DNA of 62,793 nucleotides, filler included, from Asterionella formosa (Eukaryota), in assembly GCA_002256025.1 (NCBI GenBank). It is 14 parts of 14 records of this genome, joined end to end, with 100 filler letters (N's around TTAATTAATTAA, not from the genome) between each part and the next. Parts side by side here need not be neighbours in the genome. Positions count along the whole stretch, not along the records: positions 1 to 22,471 come from NKIB01002721.1; 13 more parts are not named here. One strand, 5' to 3'. The position numbers were made by a program, and so were the translations under genes. Of the stretch, positions 1 through 11,815 are shown in pieces (positions within the stretch are counted from its first letter, which is position 1; each line of letters begins with the position of its first letter). The notes beneath the pieces are model-generated. The model was given only the letters and a program-made list of their open reading frames with translations. It searched no databases and was not told the origin of the DNA.

Positions 1-315
1 CACATCGTGAAAAGTAAGAAGAAGAAATTCTTCAATATAAAGCCTCCACCTGAGACGACGTTGGACCTGAGATGACGTTGATTGTCTGTGTAGGGTATTA
101 TAAATAAATAAAAATGCTCAGTGTGAACATGTAGAACCACATTCAATAACATAGAGCAAAACTCTTTGAAAGTTTCTCAATTGAAAATCAGAGCCATCAG
201 TAAAAATATGGAAAGGAAAATTACGATCAGGATAACGCTTGAGTGTATCTGCAACTAACAATGCTTTCATCGATTCAAAAGCTTGTTGATGTATGCATAA
301 GTAACCAGACAAATG
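1..315 (-). repeat. Repeat containing a Gypsy RNase H fragment; inverted copy at 22161-22471
   Basis: 1-315 is the near-exact reverse complement of 22161-22471. It translates to HQQAFESMKALLVADTLKRYPDRNFPFHIFTDGSDFQL (Ty3/Gypsy RT-RNase H linker and TDAS-like motif), then loses similarity. Confidence 0.85.
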
Positions 316-712
316 GACCAGTTTCATTTAAATCCTTTAATAATTTTGAAGACAAAAATTTGAGGTCAGTTGGAGTTTATCAATATCCCAATGAGTCAGT
401 CAGTTTCGTCAACAGACCATTTCATTTGGAATTTTGCTTGATGACTTATGGTTGAATAAATTTTTTTCAGCCATAACAGCAGCTTTCCGTATCTGTATAG
501 TTTGCAGCTTTATTGTTCCATTTGTAAACATAATCCTTGATAGAATCTCAGTTCCTTGTTAATGGCATCCGTTGCAAGCGTTTCTCCCTCTTAACACACA
601 CAGGAGTAGTATTTAACTAGCTGTTGAGAGACCAGTACTCACGGTAATTAAGCACTTACAGGAATTTTGGTAGGATATACAGAGTAACCGGTATATGGTA
701 CCAACACCCTCC

Positions 713-990
713 TCAAGTGAGAAAATTTCCATGAGATGGGACAATAATATTGCGGAGGCGGAAAAAATGGGCATCATCTTTATGATGTTCTTTGGTGAAC
801 AGATCAGCAACATTGGTATCTCCTGGGAGGTTGATGACAAAGATTTCGGAAAACCGGTGAGCGTCACGCACAGCCAAATTGCGGATATTAATATGCCGCA
901 TCTTTTTGTTAGCACAGTTGTGGAACCAGTCCAAAGCACCTCACCAGGTACCCTGGTACCCGATGGATGGCTAATATAATGGTAGTCACG
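713..990 (-). mobile_element. Decayed Ty1/Copia RNase H remnant
   Basis: KKMRHINIRNLAVRD...PGDTNVADLFTKE matches the Copia RNase H KHIDxR...ADxxTK motifs. The upstream part is disrupted by a GGTACCAGGGTACCTGG tract. Confidence 0.7.
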
Positions 991-1436
991 AAAATTGTGG
1001 ACTCGATTATAGTCCAATGAATCAACTGGAGCATTCCCACTACTGGTAGCTTGATATTTCAGATCAATCAGAAGAAGGTTTGCATCAGCAAAAAGGGACA
1101 CGAAGAACAGTTTCTCAAAATGATGAATGGGATTGAAACTAGGTTTTTAGAGAAAGCTTATATTAATTTAAGAAACAGTGAGAATTGAAAGAGAAAGATG
1201 AAAAGCGAAAACTAGCAAGAAAGCTAGCAACAATAGGTTTAGTAAGTACTGTTACTACAACAGGTAAGTTCAACGTAAGGAGATAACCACACGCAGGAAT
1301 GAGTACAAAGCTTTTAACATGGCAGATTAGCATGTATAATACTTCATGAATGGCCTGCTTATGGAAAATAATGCATGCTAGCATAGGCATGACATGCATG
1401 CAAAACATTAATTAGATCCGGAAATAGCGGTATATG

Positions 1437-1513
1437 TGATTCACTCTGGTCTAGCTACATGCCAGGTGGTTTGATTCACTCTGGTCTAGCTACACCATGT
1501 CAGGTGGTTTGAT
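1437..1513. repeat. Two-copy ~36-bp tandem repeat
   Basis: TGATTCACTCTGGTCTAGCTACA(CCA)TG(C/T)CAGGTGGTT occurs twice in tandem, ~50 bp before the Copia 5' LTR. Confidence 0.85.
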
Positions 1514-1561
1514 GACGTGGCTACAGTAATACTATCCATTCGAAAAACTCAGGAATAATGG

Positions 1562-2026
1562 TGTCAAGATTTAGTACTGCGTGCATATTAGTTCAGTCGA
1601 ACTAATCAATCTTGAATAATATTCCAGCCTAAATCCCATATTGAAATGCTGTGAAAATTTGAAATTGTATTGATTGCCAAGAACTTTATCAGCAAACCAA
1701 GGTAAATATTCGAATGGAGAATGTTCTAAGTAATCAATATTTCAATGAAGGAAAGGTATATATGCAATGCAGATAGCATTGAATATTCACGATTGTTCTG
1801 CTAAGTGAGTGGAGTTGAGTTGTCAGTTGAGAATTGAATGTCTAACAACACAATGAATATCTAAAAACAAATTTGGGAAGAGAACTTTAATAGTTGATCA
1901 TGTGAACGATTACAAGATAGATCAAATAAGCTCACAATAAGGTGGGACTAGAACAGAAGGTTTTAATACACTGAGCTTGCCTAGAAAAATGCTAGCATTG
2001 TAGTCAGACTGCAGAAGAATTTAACA
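1562..2026 (+). repeat. 5' LTR of Copia element
   Basis: TGTCAAGATTTAGTACTGCG...GAAGAATTTAACA; direct repeat of 6439-6900. Confidence 0.95.
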
Positions 2027-2058
2027 TGCTTGAAAGCGGATCAACTTCGTTATTCAAC

Positions 2059-5000
2059 ATGACTGAAGACAAAGGTGATACCAGCCATTCGTCTTGTGAA
2101 GTTTGATGGCAAAGACGCCAATTGGCATGAGTGGAGTGTGAAGACACTGGCACTAGCCAAGACAAGAGGATTAAAGAATGCCTACATGAAGGATACTACC
2201 AATCCATGCAGCGACGCTGTCTACAAAACTACAGACAAAGACGATGTCAAGAAGATCTACAAGATGAACGATCGCGCATACCAACTCCTGGTTATGAGTT
2301 GCACTGGGATTGCGTTCGGTTTCGTTAACCAAGCCAAGACAAAGAATCATCAAGACGGTGATGCATTCCTTGCTTGGACCTACCTCAAGGCTTGCTATGT
2401 TCCGAATGCTACAAGTGACCTAATCCAACTGTCAGGACAAATCAACAAGAACATCTGTGAGGGGAAGATGCAAGACCCAGATGAATGGTTCATCCAACTC
2501 GAGTTGTTGAGGAACCGAATGGCAACAATTGATTCTGCCTACGAAAAGAAGGATCTCGAGATGATTACCCACATACTTGACAAACTACCTAAGGAGTACT
2601 CCGAAGTCGTAACAATGGTTGAGGCGATGCCCTCTTTGACACTAGAAGACCTTAAGGCCAAGATACCCGCGTTCTTCAAACGCAAGTTTAAGAACGAAAA
2701 GTCGGATGGCGAACTTGCTCTTGCTGCCTTTGGAACTAAGTTCAAAGGACTCTGCCGCTCTTGTGGCAAGCAAGGACACAAGGCAGCCGATTGTCGAGTC
2801 AAGAACAAGACGCACAGCGACGGAAACAGGCCTCCTCCGAAAGGCGTCAAGTGTTTCAATTGCAACAAGCATGCCGGACATATCGCAAAAGATTGCCCTG
2901 AACCCAAACGAAAAAGTCCTACAACGAAAGAGACTGGCATGTTTGTTGGCATGTGTACGATTGACTACGAAGACATCGAAGCAAAAGAAAAGAAACAAGA
3001 TACGAATGACAAGTACAACAAGAACGACGATAATGAGTGGACTTTTGTTGGTATTTGCAAGGAAATTATTGATGATTGTGATGTAAAAATTAATAATAAA
3101 GAGTTTTGTGCCGCCTCTGCAGTTGCTCCTCGCTCTATTGCCCTACAGGAGAATTGGCTCGCTGATAGATCATACTGGAGCTACTGCCCATATCACAATG
3201 AGTGATGCCGGTATGACAAATGTACGCCCAGTCAGTGTCCCAGTCGTTGTTGGCGATGGCTCTGAAATTAAATGCACAAAACGCGGTGACATCAAGCTCA
3301 CCAACGGAGAAAAGACCATGACATTGAAGGATGTCCTGTACACGCCTAAGTTTCACAAGAACATCGTCAGTTTGGGCGTCCTAATCCGTGACGGTTTTGA
3401 CCTTTCAGTCACGGGGTCTACAATGACAGTTAAGAAAGATCGTGGAGGACATATTTCATTTAACAGAGAGACCAATTGAGCTCTCTATTTTTTTTAAAGA
3501 AAGTCGCGCGAGTTATGCCGATGTCGTATCCATGGTTATTGCCCCATTGTCCCAGGGGGCCGATAGTACCAAAAACTTGTCTACAAACCCTCATACAGTT
3601 TTGAGTGGGGAGGACAAAATGACGAAGTCACAGGACATCAACGAGGCACACGATGTCTACGGGCGTATTGCTGGGGAAGCTGCACTACGTGCTACGTTCA
3701 CAGAACTGAAGATAGAACTTGCTGGTACCCTCCGGACCTGTGATGGATGCTCTAAGGCAAAGACGAAATCAAAGGCAGTTTCAAAAGTGCCAACTGTACA
3801 GGCTGTACTACCCGGTGAACGGATTTTCGTAGACACTTCAGGGCTGTACAAAAAGTCCATTGTGGGAAGCAATTACTGGACACTTGTGGTTGATCAATTC
3901 TCTGGAAAGTCATGAGCTTTTTGTTGAGCTAGTTATCAAGCTATTTGAAGCAAGTTATGTCATCAAGTATCTACGATGTGATAATGCAGGTGAAAATCTC
4001 TAAGATTTGTCATCTGTATGCACCAAGCATGGTATTCAGATGGAATACATGGCATCAAATACACCTCAGCAGAACGGTGTTGCTGAGCGCAAGTTTTTCA
4101 CAAAATGTGATAGAAGCTGTGCTGCTATGATCAATGCAAAGCTAAATGATGAGTTTCAAGGACTTCTTTGGGCAGAATGTGCCAACACATTGACTCGAGT
4201 GACAAATGTGGTTTCGAATTCAAGAAATATCAAGTGTCCTGATTGGCCATGGTATGGTAAACAACCTACAATCTATGAACACTTGATCCAATTTGGACAA
4301 ATTGGATATGTCACCATAAGAACTCCTGTGAATAAGCTTGATGATAAAGCAATTAAATGTGTCATGATTGGATACTCTGATAACCACTCAGGTGATACCT
4401 ACCAGCTCTTTAACCCTATAACCAAGAAGGTGATTCAGAGCCATGATGTAAAATGGATAGAATGGCATGGAGAAAAAAAACCTACCGATGATCTGACCAT
4501 GTTCAAGACTGGCGTGGGATTGATGAAATTGAGTTTGAGGAGGAACTTGACCAACCTGTTGCACCAACTCCGACTGTGATCCCAGATGATGAGACTGGAT
4601 CACTTTCGACTCTTAATGACTTGCAGGTCTCTGAAGCAGGGAGGAATGAAGCTTCAAATACTTCAAAACCTGCTATTACAAAAGCTGAACGAGAGCTCAA
4701 GAAACTTGGTCATGAAACTTCTCCAACAATGTCTACACTACATTCTAGAAGTTTGCATACTATTGTAGATGATGATCATGATCTGGATTCTAAGCCTACT
4801 TCATCCATGGAAATTCATTACATCAACAGCTCCACACTCGCATCAGATCCAGGTGAACCCAAGACCTACAATGCGGCACTGGAAGCAGATGACAGAGAAA
4901 AATAGATTCCAGCAATCAAAAGTGAAATTAATAATTTTTTTAAATGAAAAGTCTGGTCAAAATTTTCACGATCAGAATTGCATGGACGCAAGCCGCTTTG

Positions 5001-6430
5001 GAGTCGATGGGTCTTCAAGAAAAAGAAGGAACAAGACTTGACTACACTCTACAAGGCACGTGTGGTTGTCAAGGGACATTTCCAAATCTCCAGTGTTGAT
5101 TTTACCGACTTGTTTGCACAGATACAAGTATCAGAGTTGTCTTTGCAATCACGATGCACAAGAAGACATGGACTTTGGAGGTCATTGATGTCGAAGCATC
5201 CTTTCTTGAAGGAGATTTAGAGGAAGACATCTACCTTGAATGGCCTAGAGGCGTTGTTGAGTTTGGTTTTGAAGATAACAAGGTTGTCTCAGAAAATTGT
5301 ATTCTTCTAAGTAAAGCCATGTATGGAACAGTGCAGGCTGAATGACAGTGGTCCAAGAAACTTGTGGAGCATCTGATTCTCATTGGAATGAAACAGAGCA
5401 AAGTGGAACCATGCATTTTCTTCTTGAAATGTGATTTGAAACTGGTTCTAATTGTTTGTATCTATGTTGACGACTGCATTGTTGCAGGAGAACAATCCGA
5501 TGTTGACTGGCTTAAGGCTGAAGCCAAGAAGCATTTCACCATAAAGGAACTCAGACCAATCAAGAAACATTCAGGAGTTTGGTATGACATGCTGATGGAA
5601 GCTTTCTTGAATCTACTATGGAGGATTTCGTTCAAGGAACATAAGAAGATTATAAGAATCTCTTTGGACGTTATCCCGCAATTGCACCAACTCCCGGATT
5701 GCTAGGTACAAGTTTGTCCAAGAATGATGCCCACACTGTTCAACATAGTGAATACAGATTCATGGTTGGAAAATCTTACACTTTGTAAAGAAGATATCTC
5801 CAATTTGTGTCAATGAATGTCGAGAATTGTCTCAGCATCTGGAGAATCCAGGAGAGGCTCATTGGAAGGCGGTTGAATGTCTGTTGGGATTCATATATGC
5901 AGATAAGAAACATCGGCGTATGAAGATGCGAACCCCAAAAGAATTGCACCCAATGGATGTTGTTGACAGTGCATTTGCAATTAATCCTGATACTCGCAAA
6001 AGTAAAGTGCATATCTTGGAACTATTGGAGCACGCTCCTTGGTGACTTGGTCATCCAAAGGACAGAACATTGTAACAACATCAAGGATGGAAGCTGAGTA
6101 TGTGAGTCTAAGCGATGGTGTCAAGGATACTACATTTGTTACAAATCTATTGGGTGAATTCTACTATGTGGAACTGCCAGCAAGAATTGCTGAGGATAAC
6201 ACTGGAGCGATTTTCCTAAGCAAAAACCAACAAGTTGGATCAAGGGCAAAGCATATTGATGTCAGATATCATTTTATACGTGAGAAGACTGAAGATGGAT
6301 ATGTTGTTGTGGTCTATTTACAAACATGTGAAAACCCAGTGACCTGCTGTCAAAGAATGTAACTCAGAAGGTGCATGAATCGCATGCATATGATATTTGC
6401 AATGGGACAATGGATTGTTGGAACTGGAAC
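2059..6430 (+). pseudogene. Copia gag-pol with multiple frameshifts and stops
   Basis: Gag with two CCHC knuckles (CRSCGKQGHKAADC, CFNCNKHAGHIAKDC); protease WLAD/TGATAHIT; integrase PQQNGVAER; RT LYKARVVVKG and IYVDD; RNase H AEDNTGAI...RAKHIDVRYHFIRE. Split over many ORFs in different frames. Confidence 0.92.
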
Positions 6431-6438
6431 AGGGAGGA

Positions 6439-6900
6439 TGTCAAGATTTAGTACTGCGTGCATATTAGTTCAGTCGAACTAATCAATCTTGAATAATATT
6501 CCAAATTAAATCCTGAGTTGAAATGCTGTGAGAATTTGAACAGCATTGATTGCCAAGAACTATATCAGCAAACCAAGGTAAATATTCGAATGGAGAATGT
6601 TCTAAGTAATCAATATTTCAATGAAGGAAAGGTATATATGCAATGCAGATAGCATTGAATATTCACGATTGTTCTGCTAAGTGAGTGGAGTTGAGTTGTC
6701 AGTTGAGAATTGAATGTCTAACAACACAAAGAATATCTAAAAACAAATTTGGGAAGAGAACTTTAATAGTTGGTCATGTGAATGATTACAAGATAGATCA
6801 AATAAGCTCACAATAAGGTGGATTAGAACAGAAGGTTTTAATACACTGAGCTGGTCTAGAAAGAGCTAGCATTGCAGGCAGACTGCAGAAGAATTTAACA
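6439..6900 (+). repeat. 3' LTR of Copia element
   Basis: Direct repeat of 1562-2026, preceded by the polypurine tract. Confidence 0.95.
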
Positions 6901-7060
6901 TCATGGACTATACCCAGTTTTGTCTACATGGTGCTTGGGGGTACTGGTAATCGATAGATGGACCCTTTGTCTCAAATTAGCTACATAGTCTACCTGGTTC
7001 CTGGTACCTGGTACGATACTTCACCTCATATTTAATGGCTCGAACATATAACATGATAGT

Positions 7061-9473
7061 TTACGACTCAGAGTATGCCTTCGAGATAGATCCGGCCATT
7101 TTCGAATTCTTCATCCAATCTACAGTCATACCTGGCTTAATGATCAGGTCATTATCCATCCCAACATCGTACCGATAGTCAAAGAATAGCTAACGGAAAA
7201 AGAGGCACAAGGACACAAAGGTTCAGGAAACGTTGGGCTGATGAACGCTTGACAATCACTTGCTCAATGGCTTGCAATAAACTTACCTCACTTTGTGCTT
7301 CAATGTCGTCTTTTGCATACAATCCAATACGCACATCACCATTTACGATTACCATCTTGGTGTAGCAATTTGGCTTTTGAGAGTGATTTGCAAATCTAGA
7401 CTTATTCCCCTTTCGTGACGCGTCGACGACTAAGTCAGATGTCAAGTTGAACAAGTAACTTCGATTGACCTTGTCATATATTCGGCCTCTACGTTCTGCT
7501 TCTTCTTGGGATATTACTTCTCCTACATACTCATGGACAAAGTCCCCTTTTTTCAGTGCAGTTTTAGTGTAGATGCCCCATCCAGCGTCCTCAATAGTAG
7601 ATAGTCCCAAGAGCAGGTGGCAATGGCGTCTCATTCCAATATTATCATTTCGACACCGTTGCTGGGTAGCTGGCTTATTCGGGGGATCCATGCAGGCCTC
7701 GCATGCTGTGCATAGATCTGGATCGCACTCTCGCTTTGCTGCAAAGCACGAACAAGCTCCTGTTGTACAACGACCCTTGCATGCACATCCCCGAAAACAG
7801 TTTCGTCCTTTCAATCCCCAAACGCAATGCTTAGTACAGAAGAAAGCATTTTTGATACAGCTGCAGTTTTCCTCGGAACATGGTCCATCGTGATCACACG
7901 GGATAAACATGGGATGAATCTCGGCGCCTTCAACTCGTTTGAGCCATGCCAGATTGTAATTGTTCATCGACTTGTCAAAGTTCCTTTTCTTCTTTCGTTT
8001 CTTTGCTTCATTTTCAATGTCCTCCTTGACATCTTCGTAACCTTGGCACTTCACATTTGCCGAATTAACATATTCTTCCACAAGCGCTCGGGGCGCACCC
8101 AAAACGGAAGCAATCTTGTCGATGTCGCCTTGGAAAATGAAAAAGGCTCGCTCGCACAAGACTTTGTCAGTCGCTGTAAAGCTAGAAATAACAGGAGAAA
8201 TTATTTCGTCATGTACTCGTTTGTTTCCTAAAGTTTCTGCATATGAAGCTGCGGTGGATTCTATGGAGCGCATTTCAGTGTCGTTGATAGCCTCAACTTC
8301 AACTAATAATTTCTTCCCACCATCTTGTTTCCCTTGTTGTCTAGATTCGTTCCAGAACCCTTCGAGTTCTTTTCTCAAAGCCAAATCGCCTTGTATCTCC
8401 AGACTAGGCTTGCCCAAGTTCCCATGCATGTTGCAATCGTAAACGAAGCAGCGGCGGCAAAACAAATTGCGATAGGTGTCAACTGCTTCGAGATAGGATG
8501 GGATAACTTTCGGTTCATTTTCCACGATTTCTTCCTGATACTCTCTTTCTTCTTTGCAAAATAGTAACTGACAACGCTCATGAATCCGATCCAAATACTC
8601 GTCCATGATATTTGCCAGACTCTCGTTCAGTCTGGTTTGCAGCGGAGTTCGTTCCTTTTTCATGTCTTCTGTGACCACACCTCTTTCCTGTAATTTGCTG
8701 CACATTACAGCTAGAGTTTCATCGATTATGTCATTGGTATCGCGCTCTTGGTATTCCGATCCAAACTCCATTTGCTTTTCACGATCTTCCAAGTTGTAGA
8801 GCTCGGATACTACATCCTCCTTGTCATCATCTCCAAAATAAGGAACGTACTTGAGCTTTTTTTCGTCTTCAGTAACATAATGTGTCTTGAGAAAAATGGT
8901 GGCCGACGAGAACGGCCGGGATGTGTGAGTACCTTGAAGTGTAATAGGAGCAGGCAGGCTCACAAGGCAAGTCTTATCCTTGACACTTCCCCCTCTCATT
9001 TTCACCGTGAATTTCTTTGTCTTATCGCCCAATGTGTCATTCTTGCTGTATCTGTTGCTTTTCTCTACAGGATCATTACATGTTTCTGAATCAGGATTTG
9101 CTTTGTCGCTCGTAGTGTTCTCTCGACTGGATCTTTCATTTTCGCAAGGTCGACAGTAAAGACTCAAAAGAACGTCAGGTGCCGGTGTAGCATTTGTGGG
9201 AAGTCTATTGAACATATTTTGTTTGGGAAAAGGAGCCAAACTCAAGACATTATCTCTAAATTTGAGCAGATATTTCCTGAGAACGTCCGTTTTGATGGAG
9301 GACCGCCGCTTCATAACTTGGTCGTAGGCTTGCTGGACGAATTCATAAATTGCTTCGTCCGTGTCGAGTTTGCTTCCCAGCGCATTCTGCTTCTTCCCTT
9401 CTTCCTTTGAATTTTCTTCCGTAGTTGATGTAAGTCTGCGTTGATCTCTTGGCTTTGCCATGATTATTGGCAT
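7061..9473 (-). CDS. EZH: Enhancer of zeste, PRC2 H3K27 methyltransferase; 2 exons (intron 7190-7286)
   Basis: LKYVPYFGDD, FCRRCFVYDCNMHG, a Cys-rich CXC domain, and SET motifs GWGIY, EYVGEVISQEEAERRG, RFANHS. Splicing the GTAAGT...TAG intron restores E-LFFDYRY and gives a stop at 7061-7063. Confidence 0.95.
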
Positions 9474-9749
9474 GATGGGAGGACGTCGGGCACTTTATGC
9501 TGCGGCAATGATCATGATGTTTCCCAAATTTCTTAAAGGTACACTCATGATTCATGATAATACTCAAAAATAATCATGACAGCGTACAGGTCTACTACCT
9601 ACAGGTAGTCTAATGTTCCATTGTTCGAAGTACCTGATCGTTGTCTACCAGTAGACTACTTTAGCTACGTATGCGAATTGTATGTATTATTGCTGACCGC
9701 AAGACAAGCACGAGGCGGTCTGTATTCATAGATTCGACTATCCATATGT

Positions 9750-10450
9750 CATATATACAAGGGCTAAATTTCATTGGGCGTGAGCACATCATCATTCCCA
9801 TCCACACTACCTGGTACCTGAAATGAATGAACAAAACACAGATCAACAGTTCATTCATTACTGCTACAGATTGCTTGTTGATATACCTTGCAACTTCATT
9901 GGAAACAACAGGAAAAGGTGAACAGAAGATTGCCATGGTAGGTCAAGGGAATATGTCAGAATCGTCAATTGTTGGGTAGACAATAGCTAAATGCGTGCTT
10001 TCTCTTCAAGTGATTCTATATCTGATTATATGAAGGATCAATTCACACTAGAAACATCTGTTTGAACATAACTAAATAACACGTTCTTTTTAATCTATGG
10101 GGATATTTGTATACAAAGAGTATATGTAAGAAGTTCTAACCAACAGCATGTGCACAATTTATTCATGAATACTTTCTGCGAAATTTGACTCCTACATTAT
10201 TTTACAGGAATATTTGAAAAGAACATGGATTTGTTGTGGTAAGGTTAATACAGTGACTTGGACTGCATGTTGTAATCTGAGCAAAACAAGCCTAACAAAC
10301 AATTGATTCCCATTTGTTAATACACTGAACAAACGAAATGAATAAACTGACACATTGTTTTATGGAATCATGCAAAAAATAATAAGATTTGCGGTATGTG
10401 AGGATAGAATGGAACTGCATGCTTTCGCATATGCAAAACATGACTGACAA
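9750..10450 (-). mobile_element. Possible highly decayed Copia integrase-region remnant
   Basis: AT-rich and stop-riddled. Short minus-strand peptides such as LQHAVQV resemble the Copia integrase WxxAxxxA region. Limits are approximate. Confidence 0.25.
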
Positions 10451-11815
10451 GTTATTGCTTCGCATTTGCTACAACATGAAATCAACAATCATGAAGGATG
10501 ATTCAGAAACGGAGTACAAGAAAATAGGGGGAGAGGAAGCCCGCTATCAGTAAGTGTTGTATTTCAGAATCAGAGTACAATAGACGACTAGCAGTATCAG
10601 TGTCTGTATCAGGTCAGCAGGGATATCGACAAGAGAGCGAGGATAGAGACGGAAGTAAAGGGGGAGCATTGTGTAACAATTCTATGTATAGATACATAGA
10701 AATTGTTTCTAAATATTATAGTTAAATTTCTTACCACTTCAACCTGTTTTGGACAATTAGTTTCGATATAAATTCAAATGTATTAATGTAGGTGTAAGAT
10801 GAATGAGTACACATTATAGGATGACATTAAGCTAAATGGTGATGTAAATACAATTAGTTTTCCATCATCATGAGAACAGCGATTGAAGTTCAAAGAGAAA
10901 TGACGATTTTGACGTGAATTTTTGTATTACAATCATTGTATATGATGTGATAACTTATTATTATAATTATGAGTCACAATATTCTGTACGACGATAAATA
11001 TTATACATATTAGATGATAAATCGAATTTATATGGTCACATGATTGTCATTATAAGATGAATCACAGGAATAAGATGTTTTCTATTTGCAGATGAATGCA
11101 ATAGTGTTGCTCCATGAGGATCTGTTTCCAATGGATTGACTCAATATAAGAGAAGTAATTGAACCAAGCAAGTTGTATCATTTTGACTAGTGTATTGTGT
11201 TGTCCATGAGGTGTCGTCCTCATCTTCCTTTTGACATGCACTTATTACTAGTCCATGTTGAAAGACAATATCTTATGCTTTGACATGAGCGGTCTCAATG
11301 AATTTTTGGTGTAATTGAATTTCGATTTGTCATAGTCATTTCAGTTATGATGATCATCAGACAGGTTGTTGTATAATTGATGAAGTGCACATGATCCCTT
11401 TATTTTGCTGAAATGTGATGCACATGTTTGTGGAGACACACAAAAAGGGCAAACTGTTTTGCCATTACTGAGATATAGTTGTGAAATGTGTCTCTGTAAA
11501 GATTCATTTTTTCTGAAGATACAATAAATAATAATAATAGATTATTTGTATCTCTGTTATGATCGCCCCTTATTTATGATTGTTTGTACGCACACCGTCA
11601 AAAAAATATATTTACCGGTAGGTGAAGTACAGACCTCGGTTGCGGCCCCCGTAGTTTTTGTATATACACGGGTTTTTATCACGGCTCGACCAAGAGTAAT
11701 TTTTCAACACTAAGACAAACAAAGTGATGCATCCATTCGATTTAGTTGCCGCCGTCAGTTTCATCAAGTAGCCTCGAATTCCTTACATTCTGCCTCGGTC
11801 TTAAGCATCATCATC

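Larger units (their letters stand above)
1562..6900 (+). mobile_element. Full-length Ty1/Copia LTR retrotransposon (diatom CoDi-like), coding region inactivated
   Basis: Two ~465-bp TG...CA LTRs, a polypurine tract AGGGAGGA (6431-6438), and domain order gag-PR-INT-RT-RH. Flanks read TAATGG / TCATGG. Confidence 0.95.

Noticed and set aside
3150..3205. Programmed gag-pol ribosomal frameshift
   Set aside because: The shift is explained by a 7-bp insertion inside the protease DTGA motif, and the element has many other inactivating lesions.
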